A stretch of 31,896 nt of DNA from a virus (Duplodnaviria; Caudoviricetes), in IMG/VR virus record IMGVR_UViG_3300032233_001676, positions 1 to 31,896 of that record. One strand, 5' to 3'. Positions 20,201-28,573 of this stretch are shown one piece after another. How positions within the stretch are numbered: the stretch's first letter is position 1; the number at the start of each line of letters is the position of its first letter. The translations under genes and the position numbers were made by a program. The notes beneath the pieces are model-generated. The model saw only the letters and a list, made by a program, of their open reading frames with translations, made no database searches and was not told the DNA's origin.

Positions 20201-23200
20201 TTCTAAACCTCCACCTTTTGCTAAAAAGCTTGTTCTTGCGCTTTCATCTAATTTTGTTAATGAAGCAGCAATAACTTTAAAAGGTTTTTCTGTTAGCGCT
20301 AATTCTCCAATAGTTTGTCTAGCTTGATCGAATTGATCTTTTGTTAAATCTGGAGCGCCTAATATAGATAAACCAGCGACTTGTTCTTTTTTTTGATTTT
20401 TTTCTTTTAAAGCTTCTAATTTATTTTGAACCTCAGATGCTGTAGCCTCTGGATTTATAGAAGCTCGCAAAGCTGCTGGAATTTTTCCTAAATATTTTTG
20501 CCTCTCTTTTTCTACTTTTATTGTTTCTTTTGGACTCAAACCACCTTCTTCAATTTTTCTTAAAGCGTTACTATAACCTTCTACTGCGTCTTCAGCTTCT
20601 TTATCTTTTTTTGTTGCATTTTGAATTGATTTTGCAAAATCATCAACAGTGGATCTTGCGCTTAACATAGCTCCACCAAATCCAACCGCCGCTCCAACTG
20701 CTGCGCCTAATGCAGTTCCAAATCCTGGAATTATACTTCCTATTAATGCTCCAGTGCTTGCGCCAGTTAAAGCTGCACTAGCACCTGTAGAAGCCAATCT
20801 TCTTCCATAACCCATTTCTGATCTATCTTTACCTTGAGCAATTATTGATTCTAGTTGTCCAGCTATCATTGGAACAGCTATTTGAAAACCAACATTACTG
20901 CTTATTTTATCAAATTTTTGATTTGCACCTTGCATTAATGATCCTGCACCTTGCATCAGTGATCCAAATCTTGTCGGCGCAGCGCTTTGATTAAATGCAA
21001 ATCCTGTTGGAGCATTACGTTGAGAACCAACATTTGTATTAATATTTGCCGCTGTAATTCTAGTTGGATATTGAGTTCGTTGATTAGCAGCGGCAGCAGC
21101 AGCGGTAGCGGCAGCAGCAGCTCTTTGTTGTGCATTTTGATTTTGTTGAATAGCCGTTACTAGTGCATTATTTGCGACTGCAACTATCGTACTTGATTTA
21201 GTACTTTGCTGTAAAGATTGAGCGTTTTGTTGAACGGTATTTTGCAGGATCTGCTGTTGTTGTGCTGTTAAAGTTAAATCTTGCGTTAATCTCCTTAAAG
21301 CTTTATTCATTTCAACAAATGCTCTACGATCTACATCAGGTAAGACCTTAGAAGATAATCCTCCAAAAACATCTTGAGATTTAACTGTCGCAAAATTAGG
21401 AACATAACCTTTATTCATTAATCCAGCAGCTTCTTGATTACGCATCGAATCACTCAAAGCATTACTTAAACCACCATGATCTGAGATAGCGGAAGCGAAA
21501 TTTGATTGACTAGTATTTCTAATAAATGGAAAAGGCCCGCTTTTAGTATCTAGAATGGCTTTATTGCCGCTCATGCTTTCTTCTAAGCCCATTACTGCTT
21601 GTTTATATGCAAAGTTAGGAATAAAGCCTTCACTCAAACCAAAGTTAGGTATAAAACCTTTATTTTGCAAAAACATTTTCTTTGTCAAATTATCATATTT
21701 CCATCTGCCAATTTTATCGTACTTTGTTTTATTTAATTTGTATTCGCCATAATTGACACCTTTGGATTTATAATTTTTAACAGTTAAATTTTCAACTCCA
21801 GAAACACCAGACAAATCATCTCTTAAAGCTGCAATATCAACTCCAGGTTCTACCTCTTCCGCTCTTCTGCGAAAATTACTCATTTTAACAATCGTAGCAA
21901 CATAATCGTACTTCTTCATAAAAGCAGCATAATCTTTTGTTAATATGGCTGTTTGAGATCTTATTTTTTCTTTATCTTCGGATTTACCAGATACAACAAG
22001 ATTTTCTAAGTATTCCCAAGCTGCTTTTGTTTCAGGCGATCTAGACCAAAATCTTCCAAGAACTTTTCCAAGATTATCATATTTCATCGTTCTAACTTTA
22101 CCAGAAAGTTTTCCTGAATAAACTAAATCTGGATTTTGAACCTTTCTTAAATTTCCAAAAGCGTTAGCGAACGTTTCCATTCCCTTTGTAAGGCCAAATG
22201 AAGTTTTTGCTCCTCCACCAGATAAATTTAAAGCTGCTATTTTAGCGAAATTTTCTGCTGCTTCCTCTTTATTCGAAAAGACTTTTCCATCTATAGCTGA
22301 AGCGTTTGGAACATAAGCGTTCGGCCCTATAGTAGACACTGCAATATTGTCCATTAAATTATTAAAATACTCACTACCTTTTAGTATTTTTTGCCCATCT
22401 TCACGACGGAAATTAGTTCCGGCTAAATCTGTACCTGTGCCTTTTTCAGGAAATAATTCTTGACCCCTTTGCGCTCTAAAGAATTTTGTTGTAATATCTT
22501 TTCCTGCAAAATTAGGCACAAAACCTTTTGCAGCATTCATTGCTAAGAACGCAGGATCTTTTACATAATTATCTAATAAACTATTCGTTTCTGTGGACAA
22601 TCCTTTTACAAGATCAGGGCTATTCTTCAACATTTGAGAATAACTTGTTCCAGCTAATTGAAGAAAGTTTTTACCAAACTCAGATGGCAATTGATTTTCA
22701 TGGCCAGTTTCATTGAAAACCATGACAGCTTCTTTTATTTTAGCAGCTTTTTCAGGATCAGTTTGAGCAACTGTCTTTAATTTATCATTCATGTGTTTAG
22801 CAACCGAGCCGCCTGATAAATTTTTTTTCGGAAAACCTTTAAAATCAAGACCAATAATTCCATCATCTTGTAAAAGAGCGTCATCAAATGCAGTTTGACT
22901 AGATTTTGTTCTAGGTTGCAATACACTGCCTCTAACAAATTCACCAAATATATTAGATTTATTTATTAATTGTAATGCTTTTCTACTAAAAGTTTCATAT
23001 AATGGACCGAAAATATTAGGATCACCATTTTCATCTGCACCTTTAGCAGTACTTCTAAAACCAATTTGTCTAAATGTATCTACATCACTAGCTTTAGATA
23101 TTCCTAAAGTAGGTTGGATTTTATCAAAAGCAGCATTACCAAATTTCTTAAACCAAGGAATTCTTATTGCACTTGTAGGAGGAGCAAAATTAGGAATAAA

Positions 23201-25711
23201 ACCTTTTGAAGAAAATGATGATCCTTTAGGAATCACTACGTCATAAGAACCAAGATTTATGTTTTCATCTTCACCATTATGGTAATTAGAACCTTTTAAA
23301 CGCTCTAAAATAGCTTTTACCAAAATATCTTTTTTACTAATTTTTTGTCTAGTTCTGACTTCTGCAAAAGAACCATCGGCTTTAATTAGATCAAAAAAAT
23401 CATTTTTACTTGTTGTTTTACTATTTTCAAATAAATCTTTAGCGTCAACTTCTCCCAATAAACCTTGAACTTGATTTTGAGCATACAACCAGCTATCAGG
23501 ATTTTTTAAAGCGGTTGATGTTCTTTTTAACGTTGAAGAGCTAACTTTACCTTTATATTGTTTTATAAAAGCTGCTAAAGCATCTCTATTATAAGGTGAT
23601 GGATTACCTGTTGATTCTCTTTGACCAACTGGAACATAAACGCTGTCAACTAAACCGCGAGCTTGTTTTGTATATTCATCGACAGATTTATTTAATTGAA
23701 TAGGATTTATATTAGCGATAAAATTATCGTAAAAATCTGTTCTTTCTCTTACTCTTTTATTTTCATTTAATTTTATAGCTTTCAATTCTGTCAATACAAA
23801 ATTAGGTATAAATCCACCAGCCATATATGGATCAACACCTGTTCTACTTATAGCATTTTGTCTATGTGCGCGGCCAGCTTTTGATCCAGCAGGAGGATTA
23901 ATAAAAGGTTGAGCAAAACCGGGAACATATTTTGTTTCCTCGGCTGTATTCATATAAGTGTTAGCTCCTACTGATTTTGGAGCTTTAACAACTTTGCCGG
24001 ATTTATAGCCGCCCATTGCAGCACCCATTCTTTCAGACATTTCAGCAAACGCTGGAATATGACCACCCGCTTTGATTTTCGCACCGACCTGAACACCTCT
24101 TGCTCCGATAGTAACGTTTTGTGCGGCAAGTAATGGAGCTAATTGTTGCGCTATTTGTAATTGTTGTTGATATTGTGCCGTTTGTAGTTTTGCGTAATTC
24201 AATACCGTTGCCGCTTGAGCAGTCGCATTTCCCTGTTGACCTTGCAAAGCTAAAGATAAATTAGACTGTGTTTGTAAAATTGCTATAATTGATTTTTCAA
24301 TATTGGCTCTTTTTTGAGCTTCTGTGGTTAAACCTAATATAGCTGGTAAAGCTTTTGTAGCATCTTCAAATGTATTTTTAGCTACTTTAGCTATAACTGC
24401 GAATGCAAGAGCCAACCCAGGCCCAGTGATAACATTACGAATACCTTTTAGTAAACCATTTGCAAAAATAGATCCTGGACCTTCTCCTTCTAAAGTCTCA
24501 TTAATATATTTTACAGCATCATTTATTGGAGAAACTATAGCTTCAAATATTGGAGCGAATGTTACTTTACCTACATTATTAGCTAATTGTTGCAAACCCA
24601 AACCTGTTTGAGTGGAGAGCGCACTTAGTGTTTTATTTAATTTTTGATTTGCTACATCAGCTTCATTTGTAGCTTTAGATCCTCTTTCTAAAGCTTTAAT
24701 ATAAGTTCCTTGATTATTTGTCAAATCATTAACAATTCCTTTCAGAATGTTGACTTGATAAACACCTGCGACTTGTTCTGATAATTGAGCGCGTTGAGCA
24801 TCAGCAAGATCATTATATTTATTAGCAAAATTTTGTAAAATTTGTACGGCTGGTAAAATACCACCTTCAACATCACGAACAATAATATTAAATTTTTCCA
24901 ATTGATCCAACGTATCAGTTCTTTGTAGACGAGTGAAAATTGTTTTTAAAGCGTTACCAATTACAGCACCACCTCTTGCCGTACTTTGTTGAGCCGTAGT
25001 AACTAAAGCATTTAATTCATCAAATCCAACTCCAGCTTCTTGCGCCGCTTGACCTGTTCTTGACAAAGCTTCACTTAAATCACTAGCCGATACTGCAAAA
25101 TCTTGTTCTACTGCCGCTAACTTATTAACAATTTGGGTTGTTGTTAGTCCAGCTTTAGAAAATCCATTGATTGTCGAAGTTAAATCTTCAACTGCTTGTT
25201 TAGAACCTATTCCTGTTAAACGGACCAACGTTAACGCATCAGCAGTTCTTTTTAATGTTTCTTCTGTATTCAAGCCTTGACGAGAAAACTCTAATGCAGC
25301 TTTAGTAGCATCATCAAATGATGAAGCTGTTTGTTTGGATATTGTAAATAACTCAGTTGAAAATTTTTGTAATCCAGAAGTTGACAATCCTAAAACACGA
25401 TTTACGTCAGTTAAAGATTTTTCAACTTCCATAGTAACATTCGCTATTTCTTTAAAAAGCTTTACTGATCCTCCCAATACAGCAGTAGAAGCTCCGAATG
25501 CAAGCACGCGAGCATTAGAAGCCTTCAATGCAGATTCAAAATCAGCTAAATCACTAGTTATTCTTCCCAATGGTTGAGAAAAAGTTCTAGGATTTATTTG
25601 TAAATTTAATTGATTTTGACTCGCAAATCTAGCATTATATGCTGCCACTCCTTGCGATATACTTTGAGCTAATGCGGATTGACTCGCTTGGACATTGATT
25701 TGAACAGCCAT
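17267..25711 (-). CDS. Tape measure protein (TP901-type core) with internal motif-delimited cargo domains
   Basis: 2,814 aa; N-terminal TP901-like core (EFSRQG...AVS..DL.EAL.R.G..A..AGV...G..IGNALKTIFTR); long coiled-coil stretches, Gly/Ala hydrophobic segments, gpH-like D..PA.L..GEYV C-terminal motifs; follows the chaperones and precedes the tip genes. Confidence 0.93.
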   Translation of the reverse strand: MAVQINVQASQSALAQSISQGVAAYNARFASQNQLNLQINPRTFSQPLGRITSDLADFESALKASNARVLAFGASTAVLGGSVKLFKEIANVTMEVEKSLTDVNRVLGLSTSGLQKFSTELFTISKQTASSFDDATKAALEFSRQGLNTEETLKRTADALTLVRLTGIGSKQAVEDLTSTINGFSKAGLTTTQIVNKLAAVEQDFAVSASDLSEALSRTGQAAQEAGVGFDELNALVTTAQQSTARGGAVIGNALKTIFTRLQRTDTLDQLEKFNIIVRDVEGGILPAVQILQNFANKYNDLADAQRAQLSEQVAGVYQVNILKGIVNDLTNNQGTYIKALERGSKATNEADVANQKLNKTLSALSTQTGLGLQQLANNVGKVTFAPIFEAIVSPINDAVKYINETLEGEGPGSIFANGLLKGIRNVITGPGLALAFAVIAKVAKNTFEDATKALPAILGLTTEAQKRANIEKSIIAILQTQSNLSLALQGQQGNATAQAATVLNYAKLQTAQYQQQLQIAQQLAPLLAAQNVTIGARGVQVGAKIKAGGHIPAFAEMSERMGAAMGGYKSGKVVKAPKSVGANTYMNTAEETKYVPGFAQPFINPPAGSKAGRAHRQNAISRTGVDPYMAGGFIPNFVLTELKAIKLNENKRVRERTDFYDNFIANINPIQLNKSVDEYTKQARGLVDSVYVPVGQRESTGNPSPYNRDALAAFIKQYKGKVSSSTLKRTSTALKNPDSWLYAQNQVQGLLGEVDAKDLFENSKTTSKNDFFDLIKADGSFAEVRTRQKISKKDILVKAILERLKGSNYHNGEDENINLGSYDVVIPKGSSFSSKGFIPNFAPPTSAIRIPWFKKFGNAAFDKIQPTLGISKASDVDTFRQIGFRSTAKGADENGDPNIFGPLYETFSRKALQLINKSNIFGEFVRGSVLQPRTKSSQTAFDDALLQDDGIIGLDFKGFPKKNLSGGSVAKHMNDKLKTVAQTDPEKAAKIKEAVMVFNETGHENQLPSEFGKNFLQLAGTSYSQMLKNSPDLVKGLSTETNSLLDNYVKDPAFLAMNAAKGFVPNFAGKDITTKFFRAQRGQELFPEKGTGTDLAGTNFRREDGQKILKGSEYFNNLMDNIAVSTIGPNAYVPNASAIDGKVFSNKEEAAENFAKIAALNLSGGGAKTSFGLTKGMETFANAFGNLRKVQNPDLVYSGKLSGKVRTMKYDNLGKVLGRFWSRSPETKAAWEYLENLVVSGKSEDKEKIRSQTAILTKDYAAFMKKYDYVATIVKMSNFRRRAEEVEPGVDIAALRDDLSGVSGVENLTVKNYKSKGVNYGEYKLNKTKYDKIGRWKYDNLTKKMFLQNKGFIPNFGLSEGFIPNFAYKQAVMGLEESMSGNKAILDTKSGPFPFIRNTSQSNFASAISDHGGLSNALSDSMRNQEAAGLMNKGYVPNFATVKSQDVFGGLSSKVLPDVDRRAFVEMNKALRRLTQDLTLTAQQQQILQNTVQQNAQSLQQSTKSSTIVAVANNALVTAIQQNQNAQQRAAAAATAAAAAANQRTQYPTRITAANINTNVGSQRNAPTGFAFNQSAAPTRFGSLMQGAGSLMQGANQKFDKISSNVGFQIAVPMIAGQLESIIAQGKDRSEMGYGRRLASTGASAALTGASTGALIGSIIPGFGTALGAAVGAAVGFGGAMLSARSTVDDFAKSIQNATKKDKEAEDAVEGYSNALRKIEEGGLSPKETIKVEKERQKYLGKIPAALRASINPEATASEVQNKLEALKEKNQKKEQVAGLSILGAPDLTKDQFDQARQTIGELALTEKPFKVIAASLTKLDESARTSFLAKGGGLEQNLAQSEYFTSLTKDMQESVVQAFRIAFNPNDAMGVNRSIALSNTFEDLQNLKTDTERTKPNRSAKKSASSIYLDIEKSLSDASLLVRRSFEESEFDDKLKELTGTFENSLVKNILSPIEAVDSELKLKKELLTNSFNRENKKTNLQFAQTFAEQIKSTPILGGSPNEITRLEGITKKGEAMTASDAQEFLKNISSEQLKQIPAETLQKLQKIVTDQKELEKDRETNLTRETKILEENNRQLKIKEQLTLFESSTVADISYESAGRQRALASKEITSKIQRAKEEAYLNYAPNFYNMGMQKESELRIGYRQAQSTEDITSFTKNELESANSSVLGTAKSRIQTQMKEAQLQKNNIAETELKRSPLLNQQNIENLQTLNDTIQKQKEYLNSLNNLSPLYATAKEDLKALEGIQANINNKVKEETELLKIKNAEERKRLRDSKSFSVGLSAGFDQINKERETFANDFGQKIPGLFRDGLVGAMDAALNKADDLESALMGVAANFLKAIQGAMLQNIANQVVGSFGSSFSFGRPATEQRGGFIRAQSGMYISGGRTGDKNPALLEDGEYVLNRNAVKSLGGPRAIDDLNFNTFPRFATGGDPGSMSASVNLARPFDDLTGFGREQSPEFQAYVDEAREAQAKKDKKKAERKALLNQFLTTLISTGIGMGISAGADYLKQSSMAKANLQGATGALSNGTTTAVSSFSDAKSLINSGGSVTLGDGSILNKSNFGSTAFTKSSFNEMAASRFAQSGINVTPGGFLGRKPTYSFEQVGNAGPNYGLGRTTKSFNSPSQAMTGMNNIPSGYSRVSSGYGRGSFSPGYGGFNKNPFYDPFRGKKQDGGLMKFNSGGFLPYGSRLTDSIPAYLSGGEYVVNSRAVRKYGVGGLNRINSGVARFAEGGMVGPNQTEANNTSNSTANNVSINITVNANGNGDNKEEKDKTGVGTEGTNNELANRIKSVVLEVISNEQRTGGLLDSTKKR
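21389..24067 (-). repeat. Seven dispersed G-[FYH]-[IV]-P-[NA]-F peptide motifs within the TMP
   Basis: Starting at 24067 (GGHIPAFA), 23818 (GGFIPNFV), 23203 (GFIPNFA), 22525 (GFVPNFA), 21658 (GFIPNFG), 21628 (GFIPNFA) and 21409 (GYVPNFA). Confidence 0.9.
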
Positions 25712-25722
25712 ATATCAAATAA

Positions 25723-25728
25723 TTACAC
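25723..25728 (-). promoter_or_regulatory. GTGTAA motif 11 nt before the TMP start
   Basis: aaGTGTAAttatttgatatATG in a 23-nt intergenic gap. Confidence 0.55.
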
Positions 25729-25734
25729 TTAATT

Positions 25735-26721
25735 CTATTCAACTCCCATTAATTTCATCAAATCTTTCATATCTAAACTACCGCCTTTTTTCTTAGCTTC
25801 TTCCGCTAGACTAACATTCTTAGAATTCCCTTTATCCATATTTATGTATTTATAATCTTCTTTTGTGGCTCCAACGATTGATGTAGCTTGATTATCTTTT
25901 TGTTGCATCTTTTCTTTAGCTTTTTCATTAGCATTAACATAATCAATTAATTTATCAGGATCTTTCTTATATTGATCAGGGATTTTGTCATTATTTGAAA
26001 TTATATTCTTAAAATAACGAGCGTATAATATTAATCTAAGTTGATTATAAGTTAAATTAACAATAGGTTTTCCATAAAAATGTATAGGATCTTCACAATA
26101 AGGCATGTAATAATTAAAAAAATCTTCTAAAACTAATTTCTGAATCTTTGAATCAGAAAAATTATTTAATATAGAATTATAAATTTTAATAAGCTCGACC
26201 AGATCGTCTGAATTTATACTATCAAATTCTTCTTCTAAATAAAATAAAGTATCTAAATTTTTATCTTTATATATAGTAAATTTAAGAAACTCTTCGGTAA
26301 CTCTTTGTTCGGCGTAATGTTCGCAGGTATTACCTAAATAAGAATTTCTCTTATTTTTTAATTCGTTAACTTTAATCAAAGATTCATTAATCTGTTTGTT
26401 GAGCGCGTCTATCTGAGATTTAAGATAAGTATTTTTTTTCTGTTCAGCGACCTTTTGTAAAAACAACTCTTCTTGTTTGATAATTTTCTCTTCAGCATCC
26501 GTCCAGTAACCTTCTTCTTTTAAATTTATTAAAGCTTCTTCGGTTGTAGGAATACCTCGGTTTTTAGCTTCTTTTATGTACTCTTCTCTTGATTCGTCGA
26601 TCAAAACTTGATCTGAAATATTAATATGTTTAAAATACAATTTGCCAAAGCTACAGTTTATAATTGTGTAACCTTGGCAAATGTCTCTAAAACTCTTTTT
26701 ATAATCTAATAAATGATCCAT
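25735..26721 (-). CDS. Tail assembly chaperone-like protein (gpGT-like)
   Basis: Directly upstream of the TMP; helical and charged; N-terminal part resembles the upstream ORF; extra C-terminal PIHFYGKPIVNLTYNQL segment. Confidence 0.6.
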   Translation of the reverse strand: MDHLLDYKKSFRDICQGYTIINCSFGKLYFKHINISDQVLIDESREEYIKEAKNRGIPTTEEALINLKEEGYWTDAEEKIIKQEELFLQKVAEQKKNTYLKSQIDALNKQINESLIKVNELKNKRNSYLGNTCEHYAEQRVTEEFLKFTIYKDKNLDTLFYLEEEFDSINSDDLVELIKIYNSILNNFSDSKIQKLVLEDFFNYYMPYCEDPIHFYGKPIVNLTYNQLRLILYARYFKNIISNNDKIPDQYKKDPDKLIDYVNANEKAKEKMQQKDNQATSIVGATKEDYKYINMDKGNSKNVSLAEEAKKKGGSLDMKDLMKLMGVE

Positions 26722-27479
26722 TATTGTCCAGCAAGGATCTTATCAAATTCTTCCTTGTCGATCTTACCAGTGAAGAACCAAAAACTAACAATACTAGCCA
26801 ATTTATTATAAGTCTTAGTGTAAAGTTCGTCCTCTTTCTCTTCTAGAGAATAAAGATAATCTTCCTTTTCTTCCAAAGTCTTTCCTGGAAATATTGGAAT
26901 AAAATCAGTATGGTTTTTACTTGAATCTTTATAAAAACTCAAACTCAAAACATACCATAGAATTGATCTATTTTGAGCCTTTGTATCGGCAGTATGATTA
27001 AAAAGATTCAAATAACTAGTCTCTCTTTCTACTATTTCTCTTCTGACATCAATAAGATCAGATTGTTTTGCTGAAATTAAATCTTTTTCTTCTTGAGTTC
27101 TTTCTGATTCTGGCTTTAGACCAAGGTTAACTATCTCAATTTGAAGCTGGCTGTATTTTTCATATCCAGCATTAAGCTCTTCTGAATCTTTTTGATTTAC
27201 TAAACCACCTGTATCACTATATTTGTTAAGCAACATTGCTTTTGTCAATACTCCCTGCTTGATACACTTACTCATCTCAATAGAAAAAACCATTTCGGCT
27301 TCTTGAATTTGTTTTCTATTTGGTTGTCTAATAAGAATTTCCACAGGAATACTCTTCTCAACAGTTTCAGAAATGCTGCGTTCTTTTTCTATACCGCTTT
27401 CATCAGTATATTTCTCTTGTCTTTTTTCTGTAATTTTTGCGATCTTTTCGATATTAAAGGTGTAAATAGATTTAGACAT
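26721..27479 (-). CDS. Tail assembly chaperone-like protein (gpG-like)
   Basis: Position two genes before the TMP; helical and charged; TAATG-coupled to its paralogue. Confidence 0.6.
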   Translation of the reverse strand: MSKSIYTFNIEKIAKITEKRQEKYTDESGIEKERSISETVEKSIPVEILIRQPNRKQIQEAEMVFSIEMSKCIKQGVLTKAMLLNKYSDTGGLVNQKDSEELNAGYEKYSQLQIEIVNLGLKPESERTQEEKDLISAKQSDLIDVRREIVERETSYLNLFNHTADTKAQNRSILWYVLSLSFYKDSSKNHTDFIPIFPGKTLEEKEDYLYSLEEKEDELYTKTYNKLASIVSFWFFTGKIDKEEFDKILAGQ

Positions 27480-27519
27480 GTTTATATTATTATAAATATT
27501 ATATACTTAAATTTCAATT

Positions 27520-27975
27520 ATGGCAACAAGTTTAATATCTAGTTCAGAAAAAGCAGCTCTTGAGGCTGTTATCGATGATATACATGAAACATTTGCCCGC
27601 ACCATAACCGTATTTAAAGAAGCTTCGTCTATAGTTATAATAACAGATGCTAATTTTAATCCATTATATAGAACAGCAGGACAAACGACCTCTATAATGA
27701 ATACACCTGTATACAAGACTTTTAAAGCAAGAATCTTTTATAATGATGATATTAAAAAACAATATTGGAGCGAACAGTCCGTAAACACACAAATTAAATT
27801 ACAATTAGTAGTTGGTAGCGTTCGTTTAAAAATAGATGCAGAAGCTTATGAATATATAAAAGATGGCAGACGTTTCGATGTCGATGGCAAACGATTCGTT
27901 TTGGATTCTAGCTTTAGACCTCATGGCTTATTTGACAATAAATACTATACATTATATCTAAAACCCGATCCATAA
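27520..27975 (+). CDS. Putative head-closure/neck protein
   Basis: 151 aa, small beta-barrel-like pattern (R.ITVFK...FKARI...VRLKI...FDVDG.RF...YTLYL); first gene of the block ending in the major tail gene. Assigned mainly by context. Confidence 0.5.
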   Translation: MATSLISSSEKAALEAVIDDIHETFARTITVFKEASSIVIITDANFNPLYRTAGQTTSIMNTPVYKTFKARIFYNDDIKKQYWSEQSVNTQIKLQLVVGSVRLKIDAEAYEYIKDGRRFDVDGKRFVLDSSFRPHGLFDNKYYTLYLKPDP

Positions 27976-27976
27976 A

Positions 27977-28573
27977 ATGAAAATAGATCAAAAAGATCTT
28001 GATGCAATTTCAGCTCAACTTCCTAAAGAGAATATTTATTTAAAGTTTGTATACGATGCTATGAAAAAGGAAGTAGATAAAATTCAAATCGAAATGATTC
28101 AAGAATTTGAACAACACCCCATTTCTAAAGAAATTGATGGAGGCATAACCGCTTCCAATATATCTGAAACTTTAAATGGCATTACAAATCTTTATTCATT
28201 TATTGGTTTTAATAGTGGAGATAGACCACTGGAACCAATAAAACAAGAATTGCAAAAAATTAAATTAAGATATAATATAGCTTCAAGAGGGGAAATTACT
28301 TTTACAATAGATTTTCCAACTGCTAAAGATATTTTTAGAGTAACCCCTCTTCCTTGGGCAACCGGCAGAAGTTGGGCGCAAGGAATTGAAACTGGTATAT
28401 CTGGATTAGGTTATTATATTAAACAAAAAGAAAATAGTAGATCTGGTCTTGGCGTTCAATCTCAAAAGCAAATAAGAAGTGGCGTAAGATTTAGAAACAC
28501 AAAATACATAAGCGATCTTATACAAAAATATAATAAAAAAATATTAGATTTATCTAAAAACACAATTTTATGA
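27977..28573 (+). CDS. Putative neck / tail-completion protein (HK97 gp10-like position)
   Basis: Basic C-terminus, WAQGIETG motif; lies between the closure-like and terminator-like genes. Confidence 0.4.
   Translation: MKIDQKDLDAISAQLPKENIYLKFVYDAMKKEVDKIQIEMIQEFEQHPISKEIDGGITASNISETLNGITNLYSFIGFNSGDRPLEPIKQELQKIKLRYNIASRGEITFTIDFPTAKDIFRVTPLPWATGRSWAQGIETGISGLGYYIKQKENSRSGLGVQSQKQIRSGVRFRNTKYISDLIQKYNKKILDLSKNTIL

Noticed and set aside
20924-21122. GSLMQGA x2 duplication and poly-Ala tract in the TMP
   Set aside because: Ordinary slippage / low complexity typical of TMPs.
6375-25577. Short plus-strand ORFs in the track (6375, 7575, 9418, 10050, 18381, 19671, 21555, 22528, 24324, 25335) and nested 14866..15105
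   Set aside because: Shadow frames of long, well-supported genes with no recognisable motifs. Those opposite the TMP cargo were considered as immunity genes, but nothing supports that.
26700-26780. Programmed -1 frameshift between the chaperone genes
   Set aside because: No slippery heptamer near the stop; the second gene has its own coupled ATG.
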